Shown: positions 38,456 through 51,742, counted from the first letter of the stretch. The stretch is DNA of 64,000 nt from Chiloscyllium plagiosum (GCF_004010195.1 NC_057755.1:11879660-11943659), one strand, 5' to 3'. The notes: generated from the sequence alone by a model not told the origin. Translations and numbers: made by a program.

Positions 38456-39344
38456 ATGGGAAGGATGCCAAAAGGAAAAGGAACAAGCAAACAGCAGCAG
38501 GGAGGACACTCCCCTGCAGCAGCTACCACACCAGAGACTGCAGCAGCAGCCTCTTCTGAACGACCCGGGGACCTGACAGACTCACAGGAATTGGCTGCGG
38601 TGATGGAGAGACTTACCTTGAAAGTTGGGGCTGCAATTGAGGAGATCCGTGGGGAGATTCGTGTCCAGGTCCAACCTATTGCATCCATGCTGCAGAAGTA
38701 TGATCAGGAGACCCAGGGCCTCGGGGAGTGGCTGGAGGAAGGTGGAGGGTCGAACTAAGGCATCGGAAGCTGCAATGGAGTCCTCATCCAGTCAAATCCA
38801 GGTGCTGGAGCGAGAGGTGCGGGCCTTGCGAGACCATATCAACAACCTCGAAAATCGAGGTCGGAGGATAAATCTCCGAATTGTTGGGCTCCCTGAAGGT
38901 GAGGACGGTGAGCAGCCAGTCAGCTTCTTTGAAAAATGGCAGCCGAAGATTTTGGGCCTTCACATCGAGTCCAGCAGGCTTCAGATTGAAAGAACGTATC
39001 GGGTTACAGTGCACAGGTCAGGGCCAGTGCAGTGCCCCCGCTCGGTCCTAGTGCTCTTCCACTCATGTAAGGATAAGCAAAAAGTGATAGAAGCTTCCAG
39101 ATCCCTGGGAAAAGATCCACAGGCACTGCTGTACAAGGGGTCAAAAATCATGTTTTTCCAGGATTTCTCTGCAGCTTTAATTCGAAAGAGGAAGACCTTC
39201 GATGAAGTTAAAAAGAGGCTGAGGAACCTGGGCATCCAGTACTCCATGAGATACCCCGCAGTGCTCCATTTCAGCCACGAGGACTCAGTTTATACATTTG
39301 ACTCAGCGGATAAAGCTAAGAACTTTGTAGACACTTCAAAATAG
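38456..39344 (+). pseudogene. L1 ORF1 (coiled coil, RRM, CTD), frameshifted
   Basis: LENRGRRINLRIVGLPEGE, IERTYRV, IMFFQDFS, MRYPAVL. Confidence 0.85.
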
Positions 39345-39944
39345 ACAGATTGGCCTGAAGAATATGGTTAATGTTTGTTCTCTTTTCTATCTTTCCCCTT
39401 CCTTTTTTTAAAATTCCTTTCTTTCTCCCTAATAATTTCCTTTTTGGAAAGGGGGGAAAAGACCTTGGAATAAGTTGTTCCTTTTTTTAAAAAACTGGAT
39501 TTTCTGATGGGAAATTTTGTGGATGTTCTTTGTTGTCTCTCCCCTTTTTTTTCTTCTGTTTCTCTTTTAGTCACAAATAGGGGTGACATGAAGCCAGGGA
39601 TGGGTGGAGTGTTCATCCTAACTTGATCTTTTTTCTGTTGATTTAAGGATCATCTTTTTTTTTCTAGCCTAAGGCTGGGGCACAGTCCAGGTTTGAAGGA
39701 GCTGTGAAGGAGGGGATGGGTAGGGTGAGTGCCCCCTATGAGCAGGGGGAAGAGTCTTCCATTTATAGTTTTATAGTTGGTTTTCTTTGTAGTTTTTTTT
39801 GGTAGTAATAGTTGTTTATAGTTATGATAAGAGTAGTTTTTGTATATATATTTCTTCGAATCTATGAGTCTTTATTTACTTATGCTCGGCGCTTTGTATG
39901 CAGGGTTCTCCCCCCCAGGGGTTCAAGGGTCTCTGAAAAGGGAT

Positions 39945-42900
39945 ATGGCTAAGTCTCTTATTAAATGGTGCACCTGGAACATTAAGGGAAGTAATTCGCC
40001 TGTTAAAAGTAAAGAGTGCTTTCTAGCCTTAGGAGGGAAAGGGTTGATATCACTTTGTTGCAGGAAACCCATCTTGATGATGGGGAACACCTGAAATTAC
40101 AACAGGGGGGTTATGACTGGGTATTCTTTTCATCCTTTATTGCTAAAAGTAGGGGAGTAGCGGTATTTATTCAGAAAAATCTTCCGTTCACATTATTAGA
40201 GCAGGCGAAAGATGAGCAGGGACGGTTTATGATACTTAAAGCCCTGATACATGGGGAGGAATATGGCATTTTAAATGTCTACTGTCCCCCGGCGCATCCC
40301 TTCGACTTTTTGATTAGTGCTTTCTCTAAGATGAGTGCTTTTGGAACACGGCACATTATTATGGGGGGGTCGGGGGGGGGGATTTTAATTGTCTTATGGA
40401 TCTGACAGTGGAAAGGATGCCTTGTGGGCCCCCAACTATTTCTTTTCAGGTGCTTGACTTATGCGAGGAATTGTTGCTGGTGGATATTTGGAGATGTCTT
40501 CACCCTACTGGCAGGGACTTTTTTTCAAACCCACATAAATGTCACACGAGGATTGACCTCTTTCTGGCTCCCTCGGCCCTTCTGGATTTGATTATGGGTT
40601 GTAAAATTGGGAATATAGCTGTCTCTGATCATGCAGCTGTGTATTTAGAGGTTAAGGCCAAGAGTGAAGGGCTAAGTTTGTGGCACTGGCATTTGGACTC
40701 TTTTCTCCTTAAAGATTCCAAATTTCTGGAATACTTTTTGAAGGAGTTTCAGGAATTCTTGACTATCAACTCAGGCACGGCTAATAGTCCATCTATGCTA
40801 TGGGAGACTGCTAAGGCCTTTGCTAGGGGATTAGCTATTTTCCTACTCGGCTAGCCAGAAACAACAGGAGGAAGAACAGCAGCGTCTACTTGAGATGTGG
40901 TTGAAAGCTGCCGAGGCAGCACATTTTACACTGTCTTCGGTGACTAAGTTACAGCGGATCATGGCTCTCCGGGCTGCCTTGAATTCAATACTGACACAAA
41001 AAGCAAAGCAAGAACTTGCTTTTGCTAGACAAAGGCTGTTCGAATATGGGGATAGGCCAGGGAAGTATTTAGTGTACCTGACTAGGAAAAAGCGTGCTCC
41101 CCAATCCATTGCTGCAATCAGAGACAGCGCCGGGGTCCTTACATACGATGCTAAAAAGATTAATGAGGCTTTTCGGAGCTTTTACTCTGAATTGTATCAG
41201 TCTGATGGTTGCGAGGACAGGAGGGCTAAAATGGAGATCTTTTTTAAGAACCTCGACCTCCCAGGGGTAACCTTGGAACAGGCCTCTATCCTTAATGTCC
41301 CCTTGACAATTCAGGAAATACAGGAGGCAGCTAGGCAACTTCAGAGTGGGAAAGTGCCTGGCCCTGATGGTCTACCGAGTGAGTTTTATAAGGGATTCTG
41401 TCAGGGCCGATGTTGGAGATGTACAATCACTCCTATATGCATGAATGCCTACCACCATCTTTGAGAGAAGCTAATATTTCCTTAATTCTTAAGAAGCGGA
41501 AGGTTCCTGAGGATTGTGCCTCATACAGGCCCATCTCTCTGTTAAATTCAGATTTCAAGATTCTGTCCAAGATCCCGGTGCTGAGATTGGAAAGGGTGTT
41601 GCCCCATTTAATTAAAGAGGACCAGACAGGTTTTATAAGGGTCTGTAAGTCCTCTAATAATATTAGAAGGTTGCTGAATATGGTCCAAGTTTGTCAGCAA
41701 CGATCGATTCAGGGGTTGGTGATTTCCTTAGATGCAGAGTAAGCATTTGACCGGGTGGAATGGCCGTATCTTTTTTATGTCTTAGAACAGTTTGGGTTGG
41801 GTGGGGCCTTTGCTAGGTGGGTGGAGGTTTTATATTGCCACCCTCTGGCCACAGTCATCACCAATGGGCTGAAGTCTGGGAATTTTAGGATTGGTAGGGG
41901 TAGTCGGCAAGGCTGTCCCCCCTCACCATTGTTGTTTACGTTGGTGATAGAGTCGCTGGCAGAGGCCATTCATCAGAATGTCCACATAACTGGTCCGAAA
42001 GTGGGATCGAGGGTACACAAGATTACACTGTATGCGGATGATGTCCTTCTGTTTTTATCGAACCCGATGACCTCCGTACCCCATTTGATACAATGTATCA
42101 ATTCATTTGGGGCTATTTCAGGATATAAGATTAACTTTGGAAAATCAGAGGCTTTGCCTTTGGGGAACCTTAAGGATGTACCAGAAGTTGAAGGTGCCCT
42201 AAGTTTCCTTTTAAGTGGTCATGGGCAGGGTTCCAATACTTAGGCATTTTTATTACCCCCAGGTTTGATCTGTTATTTCGGACTAACTTTGCTCACATGC
42301 TCGACAATATTAGGCGAGATCTCCAAAGATGGGAAGCTCTTCCAACTTCATGGCTGGGCCGAATATCTCTCATTAAGATGAATGTTATTCCTCATTTGGT
42401 TTATCCCATGTGTATGCTCCCTATAATGTTTCCCAGGTCAACGCTGCAGAAGCTTTGGTTTGGTTCCTTTGTCTGGCATCGTGGGCAGCCCCTCATCAAA
42501 CTTACTAAATTGCAGTTGCCTCAAGGAGGGGGAGGAGTTGATTTCCCAGACATCAGAAGGTATCAATTGAGTTCCCTGCCATCCTTTGTCTGTGATTGGG
42601 AGGTAACAATCCAAACTCAATATGGCTGAATATTGAGGCCTCCCAGGCAAAGTGCCCTCTTATTAACCTGTTGTTCATGGATAAGATGAGGACAGTTATG
42701 GACCATTGCCGGAACCCCATTGTCATTAATACGGTCAAGGCATGGAGGGCGATGCATCAGAGTGAAGGTTGCTTACCCAAGACCTCGCCACTTGCACCTA
42801 TAGTTGGCATGCCAGGGTTCCGACCAGGGATGATGGACTCAGGGTTCAAACAAGGGCAGCGAGAGGAGACTTGTTTGAGGGGGAGGTTATGATGTCTTTT

Positions 42901-43702
42901 GAGCAACTGAGCCGCAAATACGGGTTGCCCAGCAGAGATCTTTTCCATTTTTTTCAGATTAGGGATTTCATCCAGAAGAAGCCCTAAGCTCTATAAACCC
43001 GAGACAGAGAGGCTGCTGCTACACTCCACAAGCACCCTTTTGGTTAGTGCACTCTATCGCCTGCTGGGTGGCAGGGCCTGGCAGGATATTAACTGGTTAT
43101 TCGATGTCTGGGAGCAAGAGCTAGGAGTGGAGATCTCTTCTGAAACATTGGAGAACATATGGGAGAATGTTTGAAAGACCTCAATCTGTAATAGGACATG
43201 CGCTACACAGTTAAAAGTTCTGCACAGGGCTCATCTGGCACCAGACCGTCTGGCGAAGTTTTAAAAAGGGGCATCTTCAGTGTGTCCCAAATGTAAAATA
43301 AGTGTAGGTTCCCTTACCCATTGCTTCTGGACATGCCACAGGCTCCGTGTTTATTGGAACGCGGTGGCGGGAGAGATAAGGAGGGTATTCAGGACTGAAG
43401 TCAAAGTAGACCCGATATCTCTCCTCTTAGGTCCACCGAATTTACCATCTTTAGACGGGCATGGGAAGAAACTGTTTAATATTCTTGCATACTGTGCACA
43501 GAAGAATGTTCTGATGAACTGGGTGTCTGAGAACCCGCCGGGCTTGCTGGGATGGTAGAAATTAATGATAGAGAACATTCCCTTGGACTTTTTTACAAAC
43601 ATGGTGCACCACACAACAGACCATTTTTATAAGACATGGCAGCCCTACTTGAGTTATTTGGATCTAGATTTGTCAGTTATCTTAACTAAGGCATTTATTT
43701 AA
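39945..43702 (+). pseudogene. L1 ORF2 (APE endonuclease, RT, Cys-rich domain), multiple frameshifts
   Basis: TWNIKG, LQETHL, TRIDLF, SDHA, YRPISLLNSDFKI, GSRQGCP, LYADD, CPKC...HCFWTC. Confidence 0.88.
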
Positions 43703-46636
43703 CCAGGATGATTAGATTTGTCAAGCCCTGGGCCCTGGAGGGGGTCTCCCAAGTTAATACAGGTATATATACAATGCTCCCGTTCCTTTGTTTGGGAGCT
43801 TTGCGCCGAGCATAGCTGTTCTGTATTTTGTGCATTTTTTTTTGGTTTGTTTTTTGCTTTTCTTTTTTTTGGTGTTGCTTTGCATAGTGTTAGGGTTTGC
43901 TTTATATTATAGGGTAGGTTAGTAGTTAGTAGATAGTAGTTGTATTGTAATTTGTGTTTTTTTTCTTTTTATTATACTGATATTTGTTATTGTTTTTTTT
44001 TCCATTAATTTTATATGCTTGTAAAGTTAAAAAAAATTGCTAATAAATATAGTTACAAAAATAAAGAAGGCACACGGTGTGTTAGGTTTCATTCAGAGAG
44101 GAATTGAGTTCCGGAGGCGCAATATCATGCTGCCACTATACAAAACGCTAGTGCGGCCACACTTGGAATATGGAGTACAGTTCTGGTCGCCATATTTCGG
44201 GAAGGATGTGGAAGCATTGGAAAAGGTGCAGAGGAGATTTACCAGGATGTTGCCTGGTCTGGAGGGAAGGTCTTATGAGAAAAGGCTGGGAGACTTCGGG
44301 CTGTTCTCATTGGAAAGAAGGCTAAGAGAGGATTTGATAGAGACATATGAGATGATCAGAGGATTAGATAGGGTAGATAGTGAAAGTCTTTTTCCTAGGA
44401 TGATGGCGTCAACTTGTACGAGGGGCCATAACTACAAATTGAGGGGTGATAGATTTAAAACAGATGTCAGAGGCAGGTTCTTTACACAAAGAGTGGTAAG
44501 GGTGTGGAATGCCCTACCTGCCAAAGTAGTCAACTCAGCCACATTAGGGAGATTTAAACAATCCTTAGATAAGCACATGAATGATGATGGGATAGTGTAG
44601 GGGAGGGCGAGCTGAGAATAGTTCACAGGTCAGCGCAACATTGAGGGCCGAAGGGCCTGTTCTGCGCTGTATTGTTCTATGTTCTATGTTCTAAGACTCA
44701 CGCCACTCCATCCACTCCACCCAAGAATTCCTGAAGACCATCAAAGACACCAAAATATAAGAAGATGGAGTAATTGTGTCTTTTGACGTAACAGCCCTAT
44801 TCACATTCATCAATATCAACCTGGCCAAGGAAACACTGACTACATTATTAGAAGAACCAAAGGCACATACACCAAACACCACCAATTGATCAGCAAGGAC
44901 AATGTCTTGAAGCTAGTGGACCTATGCCTTACCACCCACTTCACCTTCAACAACAAAACCTACAGACAAACCAATGGAGCACCAATGGAATCTCCGATAT
45001 CAGGGTTCTTAGCAGACGCAGTAATGCAGAGACTCAAATAACCAGCTCTGCCAACCCTCCAACCCAAACTTTGGATTCCCTATGTGGACGATACCTTTGT
45101 CATCACTAAATGAAACAATTTAGAGGAAACCCTCAAGACCATTAATGGCACAAAATTCACTAAAGAGGATGAAAACAACAGACTGCCATTCCTAGATGTT
45201 GCAGTAGAGCAAACAGCCAATGGGGAACTTCAAACCAGTGTTTACAGGAAAACAACACATACTGACCAAATACAGAAGCAATCATCCCAACACCCACAAA
45301 CAGAGCTGCATCAGAACCTTATTTCAATGAGCCACCACTCACTGCAGCTCAGAGGAAAATCACCTACAGAGTGTATTCAAAAAGAACAGGTACCCAATGA
45401 ACACAGTCCACTGATTCCTCAAGAACAAACCCAAATAAGCAGAAAAAATGCACCCAGAAACTCTAGCCACTCTCCTCTACATCAAAGACATCTTGGAAAT
45501 GACTGCCAGACTACTCTGACCTCTTGGCACCATGGTAGCGCACAAACCCACCAACACATAAAAATAGCAGCTAATGAATTTGAAAGACCCTATACAGATA
45601 ACAAGCAAAACTAATGTCATTTACAAAATACCATACAAGAAATGTAACAAACACTACATTGGACCAACATGCAGAAAACTAGCCTCCAGGATACATGAAC
45701 ATCAACTAGCCACAAAAATACATAACCCATTCTCACCAGTATCCTTACATATAGATGAGGAAGGATACCATTTCTACTGGGACAACACATCCATCCTAGG
45801 ACAAGCCAAACAGAGACATGCACGAGAATTCCTAGAAGCATGGCATTCCAACGGGAACTCTATCAACAAACACATTGACTTGGATCCCATTTGCCATCCC
45901 TGAGAAAAAGAACAGGAAATGACATCACCACAGGAAATGATGCCATCACAGGGAATGACATCACCAACCCAAGAAAACCTAAACACATAAATAGAAAGCA
46001 GGTCATATCAGCAGTGCTTCATCTGGTAGCTCATTGATGATGTTACCTAGAAATTTGGTGAAATGTCTGAAAACGAACCTTCCAGCTCAGTGAGCAAACC
46101 TACATCCATCAGAGGGTAATAGTGGAAGGATACTTGTTGGACTGGAGGCCTGTGATTAGTGGAGTGCCTCAGGGGTCGGTGAGGGGCCCATTACTGTTTG
46201 TTATCGAAATCAATGATTTGGATGAGAGTGTTCAAGGCATGATTATGTTTGCAGATGACACTTTAAAATAAGCGGTATCGTGGACAGTGAGGAAGGTTCT
46301 CAGACCTCGATCAACTGGGGAAGTGAGCTGGGAAATGGCAAATGGAATTTCATATAGATAAGTGTGATGGCTTGCATTTTAGAAAGTCAAATCAAGGTAG
46401 GAGTTTCATGGTGAATGGTAGGGCCTTAAGGAGTGCAGTGGAACAGAGAGACCTTGGAGTTCAGGTAACGGTTCTCTGAAAGTGGAGTCACAGGTAGACA
46501 GGGCAGGGAAGAAGGCTTTTGGCACACTGGCCTTCATCAGCCAGGGCATTGAGTATAAAAGTTGGGAAGTTATGTTGCAGTTATGTAGGATATTGGTAAG
46601 GCTGCACTTGGAGTTCAGTTTTGGTCACTTTTTTTT

Positions 46637-46905
46637 AGATTAGATTACTTTAGTGTGGAAACAGGCCCTTCAGCCCAAGTCCACACCGACCCTCCGAAGA
46701 GCAACCCACCCAGACCAATTCCTCTACATTTACGCCTCCACCTAACACTACAGGCAATTTAGCATAGGCAATTTAGCATGGCCAATTCACCTAACCTGCA
46801 CATTTTTGGACTGTGGGAGGAAACCAGAGCACCCGGAGGAAACCCACGCAAACATGGGGAGAATGTGCAAACTCCACACAGTTTGCCCGAGGTGGGAATT
46901 GACTT
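46637..46905 (-). mobile_element. HE1-like SINE (head truncated)
   Basis: (gatta)n tail and reverse-complement V-SINE body. Confidence 0.8.
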
Positions 46906-46946
46906 TGTTACAGGAAGGATTTTATTAAACTGGAATGAGTGCAGAT

Positions 46947-47270
46947 GAAGCATGGTGGCATGGTGGCTGAATGGTTAGCACTGCTGCCTCACAGCACCAG
47001 GAACCTGGGTTCAATTGCAGCTTCGGGTGACTGTCTGTGTGGAACTTGCACAATTTCCCCATGTCTATGTGGTATTTCCTCCCAGTATCCAAATGTGTGC
47101 AGGTTAAGTGAGTTAGCCATACTAAACAGCCCATAATCTTCAGGGATGTGTAAGTAACATTTGCTTGTCAGGGGTAAATATAGGGGAATGGGTCTGGGTA
47201 GGTTACTCTTCGGAGGGTCGGTGGGCACTTTTTCAACCAAATGCCCATTTCCACACTGTAGGGAATCTAC
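46947..47270 (+). mobile_element. HE1-like SINE
   Basis: ggtggcatggtggctgaatggttagcactgctgcctcacag head. Confidence 0.8.
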
Positions 47271-47332
47271 TATATGAAATTTGCAAGGATGTTGCTAAGA
47301 CTGAAGGGTCTGAGGTTATAGGGAGAGGTTGG

Positions 47333-48470
47333 ACATAGAACACAGAAACAGACCCTTCAGTCCAACTTGTCCATGCCGACCAGACATCCTCATCTAATCT
47401 AGTCCCATTTGCCAGCACTTGACCTATATCCCTCTAAATCTTTCCATTTCATATACCCATCCAGATGTCTTTTAAAGGTTGTAATTGTACTAGCCTCCAT
47501 CACTTTCTCTGGCAGCTCATTCCATACACACACCATCCTCTGCATGAAAATTTGCCCCTTATGTCCCTTTTATATCTTTCCCCTCTCATCCTAAACCTAT
47601 GTCCTCTAGTTCTGGACTCCTCCACCCCAGGAAAAAGACTTTGTCTATTTACTCTATCCATGCCAATCATGAATTTTTAAGCCTCTGTAAAGTCACCTGT
47701 CAGCCTCCGACACTCCAGGGAAAACAGCTCCAGCCTATTAAGCCTCTCCTTATAGCTCAAATCCTCCAACTCTGGCAACATCCTTGTAAATTTTTTCTAA
47801 AACCTTTCAAGTTTCACAACATCCTTCCGATAGGAGAGAGACCAGAATTGCACACAATATTCCAAAAGTGGCCTAATCAGTGTCCTGTACAGCCACAACA
47901 TGACCTCCCAACTCCTGTACTCAATGCTCTGACCAATAAAGAAAAGCATACCAAAAGCCCTCTTCACTATCCTATCTACTTGCGACTCCACTTTCAAAGA
48001 ACTGTGAACCTGCACTCCAAGATCTCTTTGCTCAACAACACTCCCCAAGACCTTATCATTTAGTGTATGAGATTTGCTCTGATTTGCCATTCAAAATGCA
48101 TCATCTCATATTTACCTAAATTAAACTTCATCTGCCACTCCTCAGCCCATTGGTCCATCTGATCAAGATCCCATTGTATTCTGAGGTAACCTTCTTCGCT
48201 GTCAACTACACTGCCAATTTTGTTGGCATCTGCAAATTCACTTACCATACCTCCTATGTTTGCATCCAAATCCTCTAAAGAAATGAGGAAAAGCAGTGGA
48301 CCCAGCATCGATCCTTGTGGCACACCACTGGTCACAGGCCTCCAGTCTGAAAGGCAAACCTCCACCACTACCTTTGAGTCAGTTCTGTGTCCAGATGGCT
48401 AGTTCTCCCTGTATTTCATGTGATCTAATCTTGCTAATCAGTCTCCCATGAGGAAACTTGTTGAACTTGC
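47333..48470 (-). mobile_element. 5'-truncated CR1 LINE
   Basis: ORFs 48060-48368 and 47797-48090: SGVPQGS, LEYCVQFWS. Confidence 0.88.
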
Positions 48471-48765
48471 TCAGGTTTTTTAGAAGAAGGTCAATTTTAA
48501 GATTCCCCAGACAGAGTTTGAGTGGTTGCAAGCACTGGCAATAAATTTTCAGATACATACTTGAAGAATGTTGATTGTAAAAGCTAGAAAAAGGTCAGGA
48601 ATAGGAATCATTATCGCTAACTGAAGCACCATGGCCATAACAATGAAGTTAGTGAAATATTTGTCATTTTGATAATGTGAATGGCAAATTCAAAGTTTAT
48701 TTCAAAATCACAAGCTTTTATCAATTTCATTGATTATAATACAGAAACACTTGAGTAATAGTCAC

Positions 48766-48864
48766 CCATATTGTGAAGGTGCAAGTGTTGCACTGGGGTG
48801 GACAAAGTTAAAAATCGCACAACACCATTTTGGAATATAACTTGGTGTTTGTGTGATTTGTAAC
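48766..48864. mobile_element. Tiny hairpin PLE-terminus insertion with 9-bp TSD
   Basis: aatagtcac at 48757-48765 and 48865-48873; gttaaaaatcgcacaacacca and tggtgtttgtgtgatttgtaac are inverted. Confidence 0.65.
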
Positions 48865-49116
48865 AATAGTCACTTTCTAAACATAGACTGGGTCTGCCAA
48901 AGTGCTAAGGGATCAGATGGGAAGGAATTTGTTAAGTGTGTATAAGACTCTTTCTTATTCAGTATGTGGATGTACCTATGAGAGATGGAGCAAAACTTGA
49001 CTTTCTCTTGGGAAATAAGGCAGGGCAGGTGACTGAGGTGTCTTTGCACTTTGGGGCAAAGTTATCATAATTCTATTAGTTTTAAAATAAGGTCAGAAGT
49101 CACATGGAAGTGACAC

Positions 49117-49154
49117 TTTACCTGATGAAGGAGCAGCACTCCGAAAGCTTGTGA
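49117..49154 (+). ncRNA. Minimal hammerhead ribozyme in a short PLE terminal insertion (~49090-49241)
   Basis: ttac-CTGATGA-a-ggag-cagca-ctcc-GAAA-gc-TT-gtga, enclosed by the inverted repeat aaggtcagaagtcacatg / catgtgacttctgacctt. Confidence 0.7.
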
Positions 49155-50282
49155 CCTCGAATAAACCTGTTGGATTATAAGCTGGCATCATGTGACTTCT
49201 GACCTTGTCTACCCAAGTCTAACACCAGTATCTCCACATTGTAGTTATAAAATAGAAATGGATAAAGATAGACCTGATCTAAAATTTAAAGTTCTAACTC
49301 TAAGGAAGGTCAATTTTGACAGTATTTAGGAAGAACTTTCAAAAGTTGATGGGGGCAGGGGGTGTGGATATTTGCAGATAAAGGGATGGCTGGAAAGTGA
49401 GAAGCTTTTAAAAATGAGATAATGAGAGTCTAGGGACTATATATCAAGCGTAAGATGGGCAGATGTAGGAAACGCTGGATAACTCGAGGAATTGAGGTCC
49501 TGGTCAAAAAAAAGAAGCAAGCATATGTGAGGTATAGACAGCAGGGATTGTGTGAATCCTGCAAGGAGTATAAGGGTAGTAGGAGTATATTAGGAAGGAA
49601 TTCACAAGGGCAAAAAGGGGACATGAGATAGTTTTGGCAAATAGGGTTAAGGAGAATCCAAAGGACTTCTACAAATACATTAAGAAGAAAAGAAAAACTA
49701 GGGAGACAATGAGGCCTCTTAAATGTCACCAAGGCTGACTATGTGTGGAATCACAGGCATTGGTTGAAATATTAATGAGTATTTTGCTGTGAGAGGGATA
49801 CGGAAGCTGGAGAGCTCGGGGAAATAAATTGCAACATTTTGAAAAGAGTCTATATTACAGAGAAGAAGTGTTGGATGTCTTAAAAAGATGGACAAATCTC
49901 TGGGACCAGATCAGGTGTACCCTAGAACTTAATGGGAAACGAGGGAAGTGATTACTGGGACCTTTGCTAGGATATTTGTATCATCGATGGCCACAGGTGG
50001 GGCACCAGAAGACTGCAGGTTGGTTAACGTGGTGTCACTCTTTAAGAAAGGTGGTAAGGAAAAGCCAGAGAACTATAAATCGGTGAGCCCGACATCTATG
50101 GTGGGCAGGTTGTTGAAAGGGATACCAAGGGACAGGGTTTACATTTATTTGGAAAGGCAACAACTGATTAGGGATAGTCAACATTGTTGTGTGTATGGGA
50201 AATCGTGTCTCACTAACTTTATTGAATTTTTTGAAGACATGATGAAGAGGATTAATGAAGGTAGAGCGATGGACATCATCTA

Positions 50283-51742
50283 CATGACGAGAACGAGGGT
50301 AGGTCCGATCAAGGAGAGTAGTGGGAGGCTGTGTATTGAGTCGGAATAGATAGGAGAGGTCTTGAATGAGTACTTTTCTTCAGTATTTACGAATGAGAGG
50401 AACCATATTGTTGAAGAGGAGAGTGTGAAACGGACTGGTAATCTAGAGGAAATACATGTTAGGAAGGAAGATGTGTTGGACATTTTGAACAACTTGAGGA
50501 TAGACAAGTCCCCCAGGCCTGATGGGATATATCCTAGGATTATGTGGGAAGCAAGAGAGGAAATTGCAGTACCGTTGGCAATGATCTTTTCATCTTCACT
50601 GTCAACGGGGGTGGTACCAGGGACTGGAGAGTGGCGAATGTTGTACCCCTGTTCAAAAAAGGGAATAGGGATAACCCCAGGAATTACAGGCCAGTTAGTC
50701 TTACTTCGGTGATAGGTAAAGTAATGGAAAGGGTACTGAGGGATAGGATTTACGAGTATCTGGAAAGACACTGCTTGATTAGGGACAGCCAGCACGGATT
50801 TGTGAAGGGCAGGTCTTGCCTTACAAGTCTTATTGAATTCTTCGAGGAGGTGACCAAGCATGTGGATGAAGGTAGAGCAGTGGATGTAGTGTCAGACTTG
50901 GTCATTGCACGGTGAACCATAGGGCCAAGTTCTTTAGCATGGTGAGGCGGGTAAACTTTTGGAATGATATGAGGTGCTGATTGCTTCCATAGATGAAGAG
51001 ATATTTCCGCCTCCCCTTCTGGACCAATGACATGGGCCAAATTCTGCACAGTTCATTTGGTTCCAATTAAATAAATTTTAAAATTTCAAGAATTTTATCC
51101 TGGTCTGTTCGGACATAAGCAAGAGTATTGTGGTCCCCAGAGTTTTTGGTATTAATATCAAGTGACCACCACTGTGGTTCAGTGGATACATACTGCTGAC
51201 GTTCGTATGAATCAGAATCAAGCTGGACACCATCAGGGGAACATGCAAGTTTTACTTGAAAGGAAGACAGCAAATCTCGTCCCATCAAGTTGCATGATAT
51301 TTTGTTTGTAATTACAAAACGATGAGACAGGGAATAACCTTGAAAATAAACAGCAACAGGTTGAGAAAGTGGATATTTTTTGCTCTCTCTATGTAGACCA
51401 GACAAACTCTTTGTTTGTATTGAAATTGGCAAGTCTTTGTCAGATCTTACAGAAGACATTGAAGCTCCTGTGTCAATTAAAAAAGGATACCATTTGTTGT
51501 TAACTTTGAGTACGACTATAGGTTCCTGCTTAAAAGACGCGACACGTCTACCCAGAGAGTGGTGGGGGCATAGAATGCGCTGTCTTTGGGAGTGGCAGAG
51601 TCAGAATCATTGGCGAACTTTAAGTGGCAATTGGATAGGTACATGGATGGGTGCTTAAGCTAGGACAAATGTTCGGCACAACATCGTGGGCCGAAGGGCC
51701 TGTTCTGTGCTGTATTGTTCTATGTTCTATGTTCTATGTTCT
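50283..51742 (+). mobile_element. Young CR1 whose central RT segment is replaced by a retroviral fragment
   Basis: CR1 at 50283-50892 and 51549-51742 with (ttctatg)n tail; same family as 1-530 and 52900-54325. Confidence 0.85.
50893..51548 (-). pseudogene. Retroviral pol fragment: aspartic protease plus putative 2H-phosphoesterase-like domain
   Basis: Minus strand KQEPIVVLKVNNKWYPFLIDTGASMS (DTG 51466-51474) and NLMGRDLL (GRD 51274-51282), then GDHNTLAY, VIGPEG and SAPHII...AKELGPMV. Confidence 0.8.

Larger units (their letters stand above)
38298..44063 (+). mobile_element. Full-length L1-clade LINE, disrupted
   Basis: TSD aagaaggca(t/c)a(t/c)gg at 38286 and 44064 with a TT|AAG cleavage-like site; AATAAA and A-rich 3' end; ORF1 and ORF2 listed separately. 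Confidence 0.88.
34611..44693 (+). mobile_element. Near full-length CR1 LINE (5' UTR, ORF1, ORF2, tail), interrupted by L1
   Basis: Tandem 5' UTR repeats, ORF1, APE (YFNARSIRN, ISETW, MGDFNFP, SDHN), RT (KFADDTK) and (gttctat)n tail at 44670-44693. Confidence 0.9.
34026..46109 (+). mobile_element. Penelope-like element (RT and GIY-YIG) with inverted 5' segment, split by a 10-kb CR1
   Basis: RT KIHKPGAPLRPIVS (34500-34610) resumes at 44694 with SFDVTALFT and YVDDTFVI; GIY-YIG NVIYKIPYKKCNKHYIG ~45615; 34026-34495 is an inverted copy of the 3' end; TSD cagaggg(g/t)aat at 34015-34025 and 46110-46120; decayed hammerheads at 34100-34132 (-) and 46031-46070 (+). Confidence 0.85.
32577..47335 (+). 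mobile_element. Older CR1 RT region acting as host (pieces 32577-32835, 33813-34025, 46110-46630, 47270-47335)
   Basis: PEDWRVVNVVPL...QHGF...KAFDKVPHG...SGVPQGS continues across the insertions. Confidence 0.8.
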
